A DNA stretch of 63,890 nt, counting the filler, from Folioceros fuciformis (lineage: Eukaryota): NCBI GenBank assembly GCA_049999805.1. It is 6 parts of 6 records of this genome, joined end to end, with 100 filler letters (N's around TTAATTAATTAA, not from the genome) between each part and the next. Parts side by side here need not be neighbours in the genome. Positions count along the whole stretch, not along the records: positions 1 to 15,959 come from JBNGIO010005980.1; positions 16,060 to 31,558 come from JBNGIO010005982.1; 4 more parts are not named here. One strand, given 5' to 3'. The stretch's first letter is position 1, and every line of letters starts with the position of its first letter. The notes under the pieces are model-generated. The model had not been told where the DNA came from, did not search any database, and saw nothing but the letters and a program-made list of their open reading frames with translations. Positions 12,969 to 24,500 of this stretch are shown in pieces. The position numbers and the translations under genes were made by a program.

Positions 12969-14202
12969 TGTTACGAGATGGATAATCTGCCCGTAACCTT
13001 GCTGACCAGCTAGTTACCGTAGACCGTAATCGCCTCCATGTCGGAGACCGATGATGCCGCACAGCTGACACTATCTTACTAGAACTTTGTTACCAGCCTG
13101 ATGTTGGTATTAACTCAGGGTAAGTCGAGTACTGCCCCCACCCTAACAGTGGAGGACATCGTCGGTGCTCTATATCAACAGGAGCAGAGCCGCTTATGTT
13201 CTGCAAGAGGGTCCAAACCCAAAGCAGACAGGGCGCTTTCCACCTGCTTCAAGCCCGGGAGGAATTCAAAGGGCGAGGCGACCTTCACCCCTAATGGTGA
13301 CTCAACCTCTGCCCCTCCTCGCCGAGTTGGAAACTGCAATTGGTGCAAAGCTGTCGATTATTGGGCACGAGAGTGCCGCAAGAAAGAGGCCGGAGAGCCG
13401 CAGAACGCTGACTTGTGACAGGCAGCAAGTATTGCAGTTAAGGGGAACGCCAGCATAGTGGAGACAAAAACCGTAAAGATACTTACGATTTGCCTCAGCA
13501 CCCAATTGCATCAGGATGCGGGGTGGTATCTGCATAGTGGAGCCACTGCCCACACATGCAATGATCGTACTCTATTCACCAAGCTGGATACTCGTCCTCT
13601 CAAGGAAAGGGTGTTACTTGGTGACAAACAAAGTAGATTCAGCTTGCCAATAATGGGGCAAGGCACTTGCGAATTTCCCCTCGAGGATGGTTCGGTGCTT
13701 ACCTTGGAGCCTGTGCTCTTAGTCCAACAAATGGGCAAGAACCTGGTCTCCATGACTTAGCTGCCGAAGCAAGGTGATCTTAAGATGCCTGCTTCAAGGG
13801 GGTCATGCTACCTTTTTAGGACCACAAGTCCTGACTTGTGCCTCTTCCGTACCGTGCCTCAAGACGGCAGTTATAGGCTCTCATTAGCCTTCAGAGGGAG
13901 CGCATCAAAGAGGAGTGTCGCACTCCATCACTGGTCAGGTTACGTTCAGCTTAAGAGGGAGTGTTACGAAATGGATAATCTGCCCGTAACCCTGCTGACC
14001 AGCTAGTTACCGTAGACCGTAATTAATAGTATTTAATAATTACGAATGGGTGTGCCTCTTCGGAAGAGACACCCAGTGACACTACTTAAGACACACGAGG
14101 CCATCTAGCTAGGTTTGGTCTGAAGGCCAACTCTCAATTCTCCATCAAATGAAATCAACACCATTGTGGTGGTTTCTCTAAGGCTTCTTGTATGTTCCCA
14201 CA
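12969..14202 (+). mobile_element. Internally deleted Ty1/copia element: truncated 5' LTR, gag C-terminus, protease, PPT, 3' LTR
   Basis: ~62-bp direct repeat TGTTACGA.ATGGATAATCTGCCCG...GACCGTAAT at 12969 and 13962. Zinc knuckle CNWCKAVDYWAREC; protease WYLHSGATAH; PPT AAGAGGGAG directly before 13962. 3' LTR end uncertain (14160 or 14202). Confidence 0.85.
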
Positions 14203-14469
14203 CTCCTCTTAGGTGATGAGGGTGAGGTCTCGTTGTGGGTCATCAGCCAGGTCCTAAAGCGATGTGTACATTGCTGGAGGGTAGCATACTAGTAACCTGG
14301 TGTGTTGCCCTCACTAGTAGTAGCGGAAGTTGCAGTAGCGGTGACACTACAACGGGCCTAGAAGCCGTTTCAGTGCCTGGCCCTATGATTCCAACCGCGC
14401 CGGGGTCACCCCTGAGCCCGAGAGACTGAGTACCCGGAACCAGTACGTTGTGGAATGCCAGGTTCCCCC

Positions 14470-15911
14470 TTATAGAAGGGGCAATGGAGGCCCATGAGGC
14501 TCCTGGAGAAAATCCTTTCCCATTTCCTCCCCAACAACTTGAGCGGAAAAAACAGGGCCAATCCCCTTGATCAAGCTCACTGGAGCCGTCCTATCGCCCA
14601 CCACGTGAGGAATCGATAATTGCTTATTGACAGAGTCTTCCTCCAGACAATCCATTTTAGCTGCCCCATGCCCGGAAGGAGAATGTTCCTTCTTAGCAGC
14701 TGCGGGAGTGGAAGCAGCCATATTCGGCTTCCCATCCTGTGTTCGCCCTGCCTGGAGGACTCTAACATTAGGGGCCGCCTGCACTCCCAGCTCCTCCTGC
14801 CCAACCCAGCCACAATTCGAGTCGCACTCCACCCCCCTCTCGCCATCCTCCCTAGCAGCAGCGACTGATTCAAAACGTGCTAGAGCGTTCACGTGATGAG
14901 AGTTGCCGGGCAGCGAGCACTCTGCCTCCCGAGACTGATCTACGTCAAGGGGAGTGGGAAAATCGTCCTGGTTGTTCGTCTGTAAAGAATTCACATCCGC
15001 CTCCTGGCCTTGAGGTCCGTCTGCCCAATGGATCCCCACCGCAATGACGCGGTATGATAATAACGTGGATCAATTAATTAGAATTGCATTGTATTAATCA
15101 ACAAAGAAGTAACTTGCTTATGCAGAAAAGCAAACTAAGACTAAAAACTTGAATAGTCGTGACCGTTCGTCTAATGGACGTAACCCTAGCCAAAGGGTAA
15201 GCTAACTTAACTTAATTTATCCTTAACTACTTAACATGCAGATAACACCTAATAATCATTATTTCATCATGCAACGACTTTGCTCTCCACAGGCCTCTCC
15301 ACCTTCCCCTTCATCGCAGTGAACAGTTTACGCATCACCTCTCCACACCTCGAAGTATCCGTCACCGGGGAAGTCCTATAGTCGTGAAGTCGCATGTTGG
15401 ATCTGTCCGATGACCCGGGGGAAAGGGGTTCTTGCCACTCACCTGAAACACTCGCCAATCTATGCCTCCCAACCTCAGTGCCAGGATCCATGACATATAG
15501 CACCACCGGCTCTTCATCAACCTCCCCACCATGCTGCAGGATTGGGAGAACAAAGCCCGTTTCTAGGAGACCATGGTGGTGAGGATTCGTGGCCAGGGTC
15601 TGTGCCAAGGACTCCTCCTGAGACGAGAGCTCCGCCCCGTTCCCCACATCCTGTGTCACCCTATAACCACTTGCTTGAGCCAATCTTCCCTTTGCAACTG
15701 GATCACCCCGATCACCTGTATCCTGCTTGTCCGTCTCCTCTGAACCCCCCCTTAACAGATCTGTCAGGATTGCCATTTGACAATCCATAGTCGCCTCCTG
15801 GAGACTATCCCCACAGGGACCTTCTAGCAAGAAGCGGGTCCCCGAGTGGCCGAGGTTGCTACAAGACTTCAAGACGTCCTCCACCCATTCCCTTCCTGCA
15901 CTCGTGGCCAA
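14470..15911 (-). pseudogene. Unidentified low-complexity ORF (~400 codons), probably TE-derived, split by a solo LTR
   Basis: ORFs 15267-15911 and 14470-15039 join in frame (..KVVA|VGIHW..) when the insertion and one TSD copy are removed. Confidence 0.5.
15045..15269. mobile_element. Solo LTR, 225 bp
   Basis: AT-rich insert with TGACG...CATCA ends, flanked by CGCAA (15040-15044) and TGCAA (15270-15274): a 5-bp TSD with one transition. Confidence 0.7.
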
Positions 15912-16003
15912 GTGTGAAGGATGTGAAAGATGTGGAGGTTGTGCAAGCGGTTGTTGCCANNNNNNNNNNNNNNNNNNNNNNNNNNNNNNNNNNNNNNNNN
16001 NNN

Positions 16004-16015
16004 TTAATTAATTAA
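16004..16015. other. Artificial six-frame-stop scaffold linker (also at 31603-31614, 54152-54163, 60440-60451, 62683-62694)
   Basis: Identical TTAATTAATTAA centred in ~100-nt N blocks. Confidence 0.95.
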
Positions 16016-16059
16016 NNNNNNNNNNNNNNNNNNNNNNNNNNNNNNNNNNNNNNNNNNNN

Positions 16060-16222
16060 GGGGAGGAGGCGACTGGTAGTTGTAGGCAGGCGGCTTCTTG
16101 CCACCATGCCCGTGGCCGTCGTCGGGGTACTCGGGTGGCGGAGCCTTGTGATCCCAGGCGAAGCACAGCTGGAGAGCCGCCAGCAGCAGCAGCAGCAGCA
16201 GCGCGGAACCGGAGCGCGCCAT
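16060..16222 (-). CDS. Extensin / hydroxyproline-rich cell-wall glycoprotein, 5' part only (runs into gap)
   Basis: Signal peptide MARSGSALLLLLLLAALQLCFA followed by APPPEYP...KKPPAYNYQSPPP (YxY and SPPP motifs). TATA-like GTATAAAT on the minus strand near 16343-16350. Confidence 0.8.
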
Positions 16223-18593
16223 CGCTCCTGGTTGAATCCGAGCTCCTCGCGCGCGGCGCTGGTCCAGGAGAGGAATGGAGCTCGAGGAGTGAGGAGAAAA
16301 CGGAAGCCGCTTGCCGGTGCTGGAGTGCGCTGCCGGAGCTGGATTTATACATCCGGAATGGTGGGTGGAAGCTGCCGTGCACCTTCCTGTTGGGGACCCA
16401 GCTTGCTCGCTTGCTTGCCACTGGCGAGCTGCTGGCGATGCGGCTGGTGGTGGTAGAGATGCGAGATCAGCAGAGCGGGACAGTCGTCAACATGGATGGA
16501 CGGCCGTCTATCATAACGCTCTTAGCTGGATGCGGTACAGGCGCCGTTTATCCGTGGCCCGGTTCACACCGCAGCCAAGAACAAGAAGGGAAGAGGCCGG
16601 TTATCGTTGCAGTTGCAGGCCAGGGCAGGGGTCCGGAGTCCGGACTCCAGACTCCACAAGCCAAAAGCCAGCCGGCTTGGCGATCATTCTGCCCGGCGCT
16701 TGGGATGCCATCATTCATGAGTTCGCCCGTCTGGGCATGGATGTTGGTGAATTCACATGAGTCGGCGATCGGGGAATTATTGTCCGACTTTTTTTTCGTC
16801 GAATAAATCATTGTACTGCCGAGCTCGGTAGCCTTGACGCCGCAAAGGGCATCATCCATGCCGGGCCGCGATGGCCCTGGCAAGAAGCCAAGCGGCGAGG
16901 GCACGGGAGTTGGAATCAAGGCTGAGGGCAGACACGAGGCAGCATCACCGAGTTGCTGCTTTGTCTCATTCTGCAATGGCGCTACCGGCACTGCGCTGGT
17001 CCAGCAGCAGGTACAGGAGAAAAGAGGCCTGGCCAGGCCCTTCAGGGTCGGTCAGCCATTGTTTAATGGAATCTGTCCAGGACTCGGAGCCCTGGTCAGT
17101 GGTGAGTCAAAATGCGGCACACTCTGGTCCGCTCCGGGATTAAACCCATTCCCGAGGTTGGAGGTTTCTGGTGGTGGAGTGGGTCGACTTGACGGGCCGT
17201 GGTACTGCAGCTGGCTAAGGGGAATCCGAATCGTGTTAGGCTGAGAGTCGCTGGCCATAGGGAGACTAAGCGAAGCAATGCTACAACTACATGGGTGTTC
17301 GTATAAACTAAGCACAGCTGCAGGCACGGTACTGCCAGAGGGGAAGTGTCACGTATGTCTGCTAGTGGCAGATTCACGAACCGGGCAGGGCAGAGGCTCA
17401 TCAGTCCTGACGCTGACGAGTCGAGCCCCGCAGTAGGTGAAGACCTCGGGAGTGCACACGGCGCAGGCCATTATCAGTACCTGCCCTGCTGCCAACTGGG
17501 TCAATCAAAGCATGGCTTGCCATTGCCGGAGCCGCCGCTCTCCACAGTCCCCAGGCCTGCACCCACTTTACTGACAAGCCCACTAACCCCGCCATTCACA
17601 TGCGGAAAGGCTCCTTTCAGGCCCGTCCTTTTTATGCCTTGCTTCTCCTTTGATGCAAGCTCGCATCCCCGCCTGCAGTCACTGTGCGATCGGAGATTCT
17701 GTCCACCAAGGCTGAGAGAATTTGGAGGCCGGTGGAGGGCGCACTTTGTACAAGTATATCACTTTCACAGCTTGCAGGCTAGTCAGTACACTGCATACTG
17801 CCTTCTACTCGCTACCCCATTACCAGCACTGGGAGGGAGTTTCTAATAGAATAGGGAGAACGGGATGTGAATATGGAGCCCAGCAGGTCACGAGTTGGTT
17901 ACCGTGGGTTTGGATGCTCACGGACGATGCCCACCCCCTGTCTGCTTGCGTGCTGGGTTCCCTCCTCCTCGTGCCTTACGAACTCATACGTCACACCGCT
18001 TGTTTCGGTATCGGCCTTGCTGGGATCACTATCATGGCCAGTATTTTGGCGAGCATAAGTAGCAGCAGCAGGGCAATGCGAGGGTCCGAGAAATAATTGT
18101 CCCTGCTCGACTCCTGAGGTGACACGACGGTACACGCCTCTGCCTGTTGGCTCGGGTCCACATGCCGTGTGCAGGTTCGATCACTCGGCATGCTCTTCCG
18201 CACCGGCATGGACAAGTAACAATTTTAGACGACGACTCTCTGGAGACCTGTCAACTTCGCAGACCACTGTTGGAAGTAATCTGCTGGGACAGACTAGTCA
18301 CAGCGTGGCCTTTCATGTTACAAATACATTCTTTCTGGTCGACAAATTGCAACAACATCAGCTTCTACCTGTGGTGCAAATTGGACACTCTCTCCAATCC
18401 AATGCAACAAAGACCAGATTTCTGTCCGCTCCGTGGGCTCCCTCAACTTGCGACACAAGTCATGCCCCAACACCTTGTGCGGAAGGTGCAAATTCTTTCG
18501 AGAGCACATCGCACGACCCTGGAACGAAGTTTCTAGTTGCACGCAAATGCATTGAAGAAGCATGCTGCCTCGCCCGTTGTTCTCAACACCCAG

Positions 18594-21500
18594 TCATCGT
18601 ACCGGAGCCACCAGTTGTGGCACAGGCCGCTCCTCGTAGTTGGGATTTGCTTCAGGAGTATCTTCCTCACTCGGAGGTACAAGCTGCCAAAACTGGCCCA
18701 ACTTCGCTTCCCAGTTGGCCAACACCTCTATTCCCTTGGCACTGCCAGTTTTGTCCTGCTCGCGAAAAGCGAATTTTGTCAGAGCTTCGTCCGTCTGTTC
18801 AAACTGCGGTACGTCCATTAGACAGCAAAGGAGAGAGGAAACTTACGACATGCGCTTGAATGAGTCGACGCAACTGTACTTGCCCAGCAGGGGCTGTCAC
18901 CCTCTGCATCCTCACGATTTCCTTATTCACCTGAAATACCGAGTGCAAGATAACTTCAGTCCCCTTGCAACTCAGAGAGAGCACTGCGAGCCGGATCCAA
19001 GGATGCACAAATTTTACCTTTTGCGCTAAGCTGTCATCCTCATCCAGGATATACGCTAGACCCCCTGTCATTCCAGCACCGACATTCCTGCCAACCCTGC
19101 GTTCAAGGAAAACAGGTTGAGGGTATAGACTACAGATATGTGTGCAGCTCCTGTACTTCCCAGAGTGAAGACCATGTTCCCTTACTTGCCGAGAGAGATC
19201 ACACATCCCCCTGTCATGTACTCGCAACAATGGTCGCCAGCACCTTCCACCACTGCCGTTGCAGACGAGTTCCGCACGGCAAATCGCTCGCCAGCTTTCC
19301 CGCGCACAAAACACTCGCCCCCCGTGGCACCATACAGGCATGTGTTCCCTAAGATGGTAGCATCTTCCGGGACAAAACCAACATTTTCCTTGGGGACTAT
19401 GACAAGCTCACCACCCGCCATTCCCTATTCACCCGCATGACTACCAACCATGAGCACATGGAGGACCGCAAAAGCCATGTCGATGTGCACACGAATTCAA
19501 ACGCGAGAAATACCTTGCCCACATAGTCGTTGGCCTCGCCAACCAACTTTATGTTCATTCCAGGTGTGAGGAAGCAGCCAAAAGACTGTCCTGCACTTCC
19601 CAAAAACCTGCCCACAGTCCACTGTCAGTGTTTTGTCGGGAAGTGCAAACAGGGATTCTAGACGGGAACAAGAAGACTCTTAGATAAGCGAGAAGTCCAG
19701 TTCATGGGGCAGATCAGGAGTTCAAGGAAACCAATAATTCGACATCTCTAGAATCAGCTTGCGTAAATTGGCCACACTTACGTCAGGTCCAGCTGCCCAG
19801 CGAAACCGGTATCCCCGTATTTCTTTGCAATTGCACCAGCAACTCGACCACACACTGAACGATCGACATTGAATATTTCAAATGTCTTACTAACTGTCTT
19901 CTCTTCGTCTATTGCTTCTTTTACCTGAAACACGTTGACGGGGTGGTTGGGGTAGGAGGGAGTTAATGGCAGGCTCAATTGGGAAAGTCACGACTCAGCT
20001 CAACCTGGTTTCATAGGAAAACACTTGCCTCAGGATCTGCGAGCAACTGGTCGTCAAGGACAGGTCCATTCGAGTGAACATCCTGCCGCCTAATTTCAGT
20101 GCTACTCAGTTTGATCTTTCCAACATTCTGATGCCCACAAACAAATTGGATGGTGAGACCTTCGCCCAAAAGCCGTGCACTGATCAGTCTTGACGATGTC
20201 ACTAATGAACGTCCTTTCACAGAAAACCAAATTTTGACGACATCTAGGCAACAGAGCAGGAGAGCTTACACTTCGAATGTAACTCAGATCAAGCTGGTTC
20301 GTTTTCTGAAGTTGAGCATCCCTCAATTCCAGCAGATCAGTTGCACCAATAATTTCGTCAAGAGTGGCATATCCCAACTCAGACAGGATAGCTCGAACCT
20401 GTGGGAAGTAAGAGAAATGTAAACAGGAGACCGGCGGCATGGATGTGATCCGTCATCCTTGTTGTGACCACATTCACTGAACCCTAAGTGCTCCCACTCC
20501 CTCTCTGCCCACGAACTGTGGTCATTACTTCACAACGACATGCCATAATATCACAGGCTTTGAGTAAATGAGAACATACCTCCTCAGCAACAAACAAGAA
20601 GAAATTCACCAGATCTCCGGGCACACCAGGGAAGCGTGCTCGTAGTTCCTCTCTCTGGGACATCGCAGCACTTGTTAACCGAAACGAACCTCGGCATTAA
20701 ATTAACTATTGTGTGTACCTACTGTGTGAAAATGTCAGTAAGTGACGAAGGTACACACCTGGCTAGCAACCCCCACAGGACAATTATTCGTGTGGCAGAT
20801 ACGTGCCATAATACATCCAGTAGCTATCATAGCTACTGATCCAAACCCATATTCATCCGCGCCCATCAACGCTCCCATCACCACATCCACGCCACTCTTA
20901 AATCCGCCATCCACCCGGAGAACAACCCGCTCTCTCAAACCATTTTGCAAAAGTGCCTGTTCACCGATTTTACATTCCAGAGCACACGTTATCCAACCGT
21001 CACTGAGTGCCCAACTTCCCCATATCTCGTATGTTGAATGTTGACATTCAATGAAGGCCTTTACCTGGTGAGTTTCTGTAAGTCCAAGCTCCCATGGCCC
21101 ACCCGCATGTTTTATGGAACTGATAGGGCTTGCTCCAGTTCCTCCGTCGTGGCCTGATATCTGCAAAGGCCAGGAACTTCATTGAGGCCTGGTCCACGTA
21201 TCCTTATCCATCCATACACTAGTACACGTGGCAAGCTGCGTTAACAGACCTGAATAACATCAGCATTGGCTTTGGCAACTCCGCAAGCCACTGTGCCAAT
21301 GCCAGCTTCGGCCACAAGCTTCACAGAAACTTTGGCGTTTGGATTCACCTGGATCGGCAGACAAAAGAGGCCACACTCATTACACACAATAAGATTCTCC
21401 ACATGAGGTCGAAAGCGAGGAATACGGCCCGGCTGAATGAATTAGTTACTAAAATACATGGCAGAATGAGAGCCATACCATGTGTAAGTCATAGATTAGC

Positions 21501-24500
21501 TGTGCCAGATCCTCGATGGAGTAAATGTCATGATGAGGGGGTGGGGAAATCAAGGGAACACCAGGTTTAGACCTTCGCAGCATAGCAATGTACGGACTGA
21601 CTTTTTTCCCAGGCAACTGTCCGCCTTCTCCAGGTTTGGCTCCTTGTGCTATCTTTATTTCTAGTTGTTCGGCATTTGCAAGGAAGGTTGGTGTAACACC
21701 AAATCTTCCAGATGCCACCTGCAATCAACAACAGGATACAAGACTGTAAGCAACAAAACTGGCGAAGGCTTGGAAACAGCAGTACAAATCCAGCTTGACC
21801 AACCTGCTTAATCGCGCTTCCTGCAGTATCACCATTCTTTAAGCCCTTCAGGTGAGGCAGAGTGGGAGAGTGTCCACCTTCCACATCTGACAATTCAGTC
21901 CAACGGATAGGATCCTGCAACAAACATGTTCACACCAACAGATTACTTCCCTGGAAACATAAAGAACGGCTAATAAGGACTCGTACGTGTACACGCGTAC
22001 CTCGCCACCTTCCCCCGAATTTGACTTCCCTCCAATGCGATTCATTGCAATAGCAATGGCTTCATGTGTTTCCCTGGAAATTGCCCCAAGAGACATTCCG
22101 CCAGTACAGAACCGCTCCACAAGCTTAGAAGCAGGCTCTACATCCTCCAAAGGAATTGGCTGTCGATCACTTCGGAACTTAAACATGTCCCTAATCACCT
22201 GAGAAATACATGAACCATCCATTCAAGACTGCAAACGATGTGGCTCGGGTCTTCCAACTGGAGTAATGCCAAAAGTTTGCACAGTGAGGCCCTCATACAT
22301 TTACAGGCCGATTGGACAGATGGTGTTGATACACAGTGAAAGCAAGTCCGTTGTTCTCCCTGACAGCTTTGTGCACTAGCTTCGACATCTCTGGGTTATT
22401 GCCATGATACTCACCTGATCAAGGAGAAACATTATAAGACTATCAAGTTTTGTCGTCAGGATAAGGTCGTTTCAAGCTCAACACATGTCATGCTCTGCCG
22501 CAACTTAAATTGAGAAACCCACCCCCAGGTCTGAATTGAATAAAACCAAAGTTCTCAAGCTTCTTCACAGTCTCTTCAGTAAAAGCTTTAGCCCAGAAAG
22601 ATATGGACTCCCTTGCAACCTGAACATAGCACCCCAGATGCTGTGGTGATGATCATGCAGTACAAAACAATCTGCGAATCACCCAACTTATGCCCAACAA
22701 TAAGTTTAAGTGAACCAGGAGGGAACCTCATCCAGAGTAAGACCACCGATGCGTGAGACACTTCCACGGAACGCTGTATCTACAACTTCTTTGCCAAGGC
22801 CGTAGATCTCAAAAATTTGAGCACCGGAGTAACTGAAGGAAGCAACTTCTGTTGTTAGAATTAGTTGATTTAAGCTTTCCAGAGTATTACTTCCAAGCAA
22901 ACTGGCTACCTCCAGATCCACCTGCATTACCTTTGCAGAAGGGAAATGCCCATCTTGGAAAGAATTTTGAGCAGACCCGAGTTCACAGCCTGCAGAGAGG
23001 TAGACCCATTGAGGTGTAGAAAAGAAACAGCATCCAAAAGTGGCAACACACAACAAGCCTTTCAGACGCTACCCAGATGCGAGTGTCACATGAAGTTCAG
23101 ACGCCCAGACCTGAGAGAATTGTGAAGGTTCCAACGTAAGCACACCTTAATGAAATTCTTCTGAGCCTGCTCAATAGAGACAGTTGGCATTTTGCCAGAT
23201 CGCATGAGATTCACGGTTCTTGAGCTCAGACGCCATTGTCTACAAGTCTCCAGAGCCAAGTAAGGGCAAACAGCACTGCCAAATAAACAGTGAGAGGTCA
23301 GAGGCCTATCGTACTAACACTGCCAAACACTGTGCAAGGTAGGTTGCATTAAACTTGTCAACATTCTCACCTAGCTCCATAACCAAGAAGGCAAGCGAAA
23401 TGATGTGTGCTGAAACACTGTGCAGTGTCTGCAACAATAGAAGCTGACATCCGAAGACCATTTTGAATCAAGTGATGGTGCACTGCCCCCACAGACAGAA
23501 GGATCGGAATAGCAGGTCTGGTGGCTTCCTGCAATGTTAACAGAGAAGGTCATTCACAACCAGGAAAGACTGCCCTAGTCCAACCATCACGAGCAACTGC
23601 CGAAATGCCATAACTTTGAATCGAGACGCACAAGGTCATCACTTCGGTCACTGAGAATAAGAAGCTGACATCCAGATCGCACAGCTTCATCTGCAGCAAG
23701 ACAAAGCTTGTCCAGGGCTGTCTGGAGAGCCCCCTCAACACCATCACTGATGTTAAAAAACGTTGGAAGTGTTGCTGATTTAAGATTCACTCCAGTTCTC
23801 AGAATTGCCAGGTCTCCCTCACTTAATACTGGAGACGCCAATGACACCTGTAAGAAATTGACAAGTACATTGTTAACCTGACAGCATCATGTCAAAGTCA
23901 AAAGTCAAGATTGGAAACAAGAAAAAACGACCCCACACCTGATCTGCGTTCTTCGCATCGACTTCCAAAAGGTTGGCACGTTTGCCAAGGTTCACTTCTA
24001 GCGACATGACCAAGCCTTCCCGTAGAGGGTCTATAGGAGGGTTTGTCACCTGGTCAGACCCAACAATGGCTATCAACACTTGCGATATTTCAGGGCATTT
24101 GAAAACTGACACACACTCTGAAGAACAATGTACCTGAGCAAATCGCTGCTTGAAATAATCATACAACATGTGAGCCCTCTCCGACAGCACAGCTAAAGGG
24201 ATGTCATCGCCCATGCAGAACGTGGGCTCTTTACCCTGAGCAGCCATATTCTCGATTACCATCTGGATATCCTCCAGTGAGTAGCCATAGGCACTGCATA
24301 AAGTACAGTCAACCAGAACTTAATCAAGTGCAAACAACATAATAGGGAATAGCATCCTCAAAGGAGTGACTGAGCATCTACACCCAACGACTGAACTTCT
24401 GCAACCTCTGCAAATACATCAGAACTAGGTAGGACAAGCAATTGCATGTGAGACATACGCATGACGTCTCAAGAGACTCTCAGGTTCCATCACAGAAAAC

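Noticed and set aside
16004..16015. Recurrent palindromic TTAATTAATTAA
   Set aside because: Always centred in N blocks: a synthetic linker, not biology.
16106..18590. Many overlapping GC-rich ORFs, including a signal-peptide-like LLLLLMLAKIL...ARPIP on the minus strand (17991-18215)
   Set aside because: No recognisable domain or convincing gene structure; probably promoter/UTR sequence.
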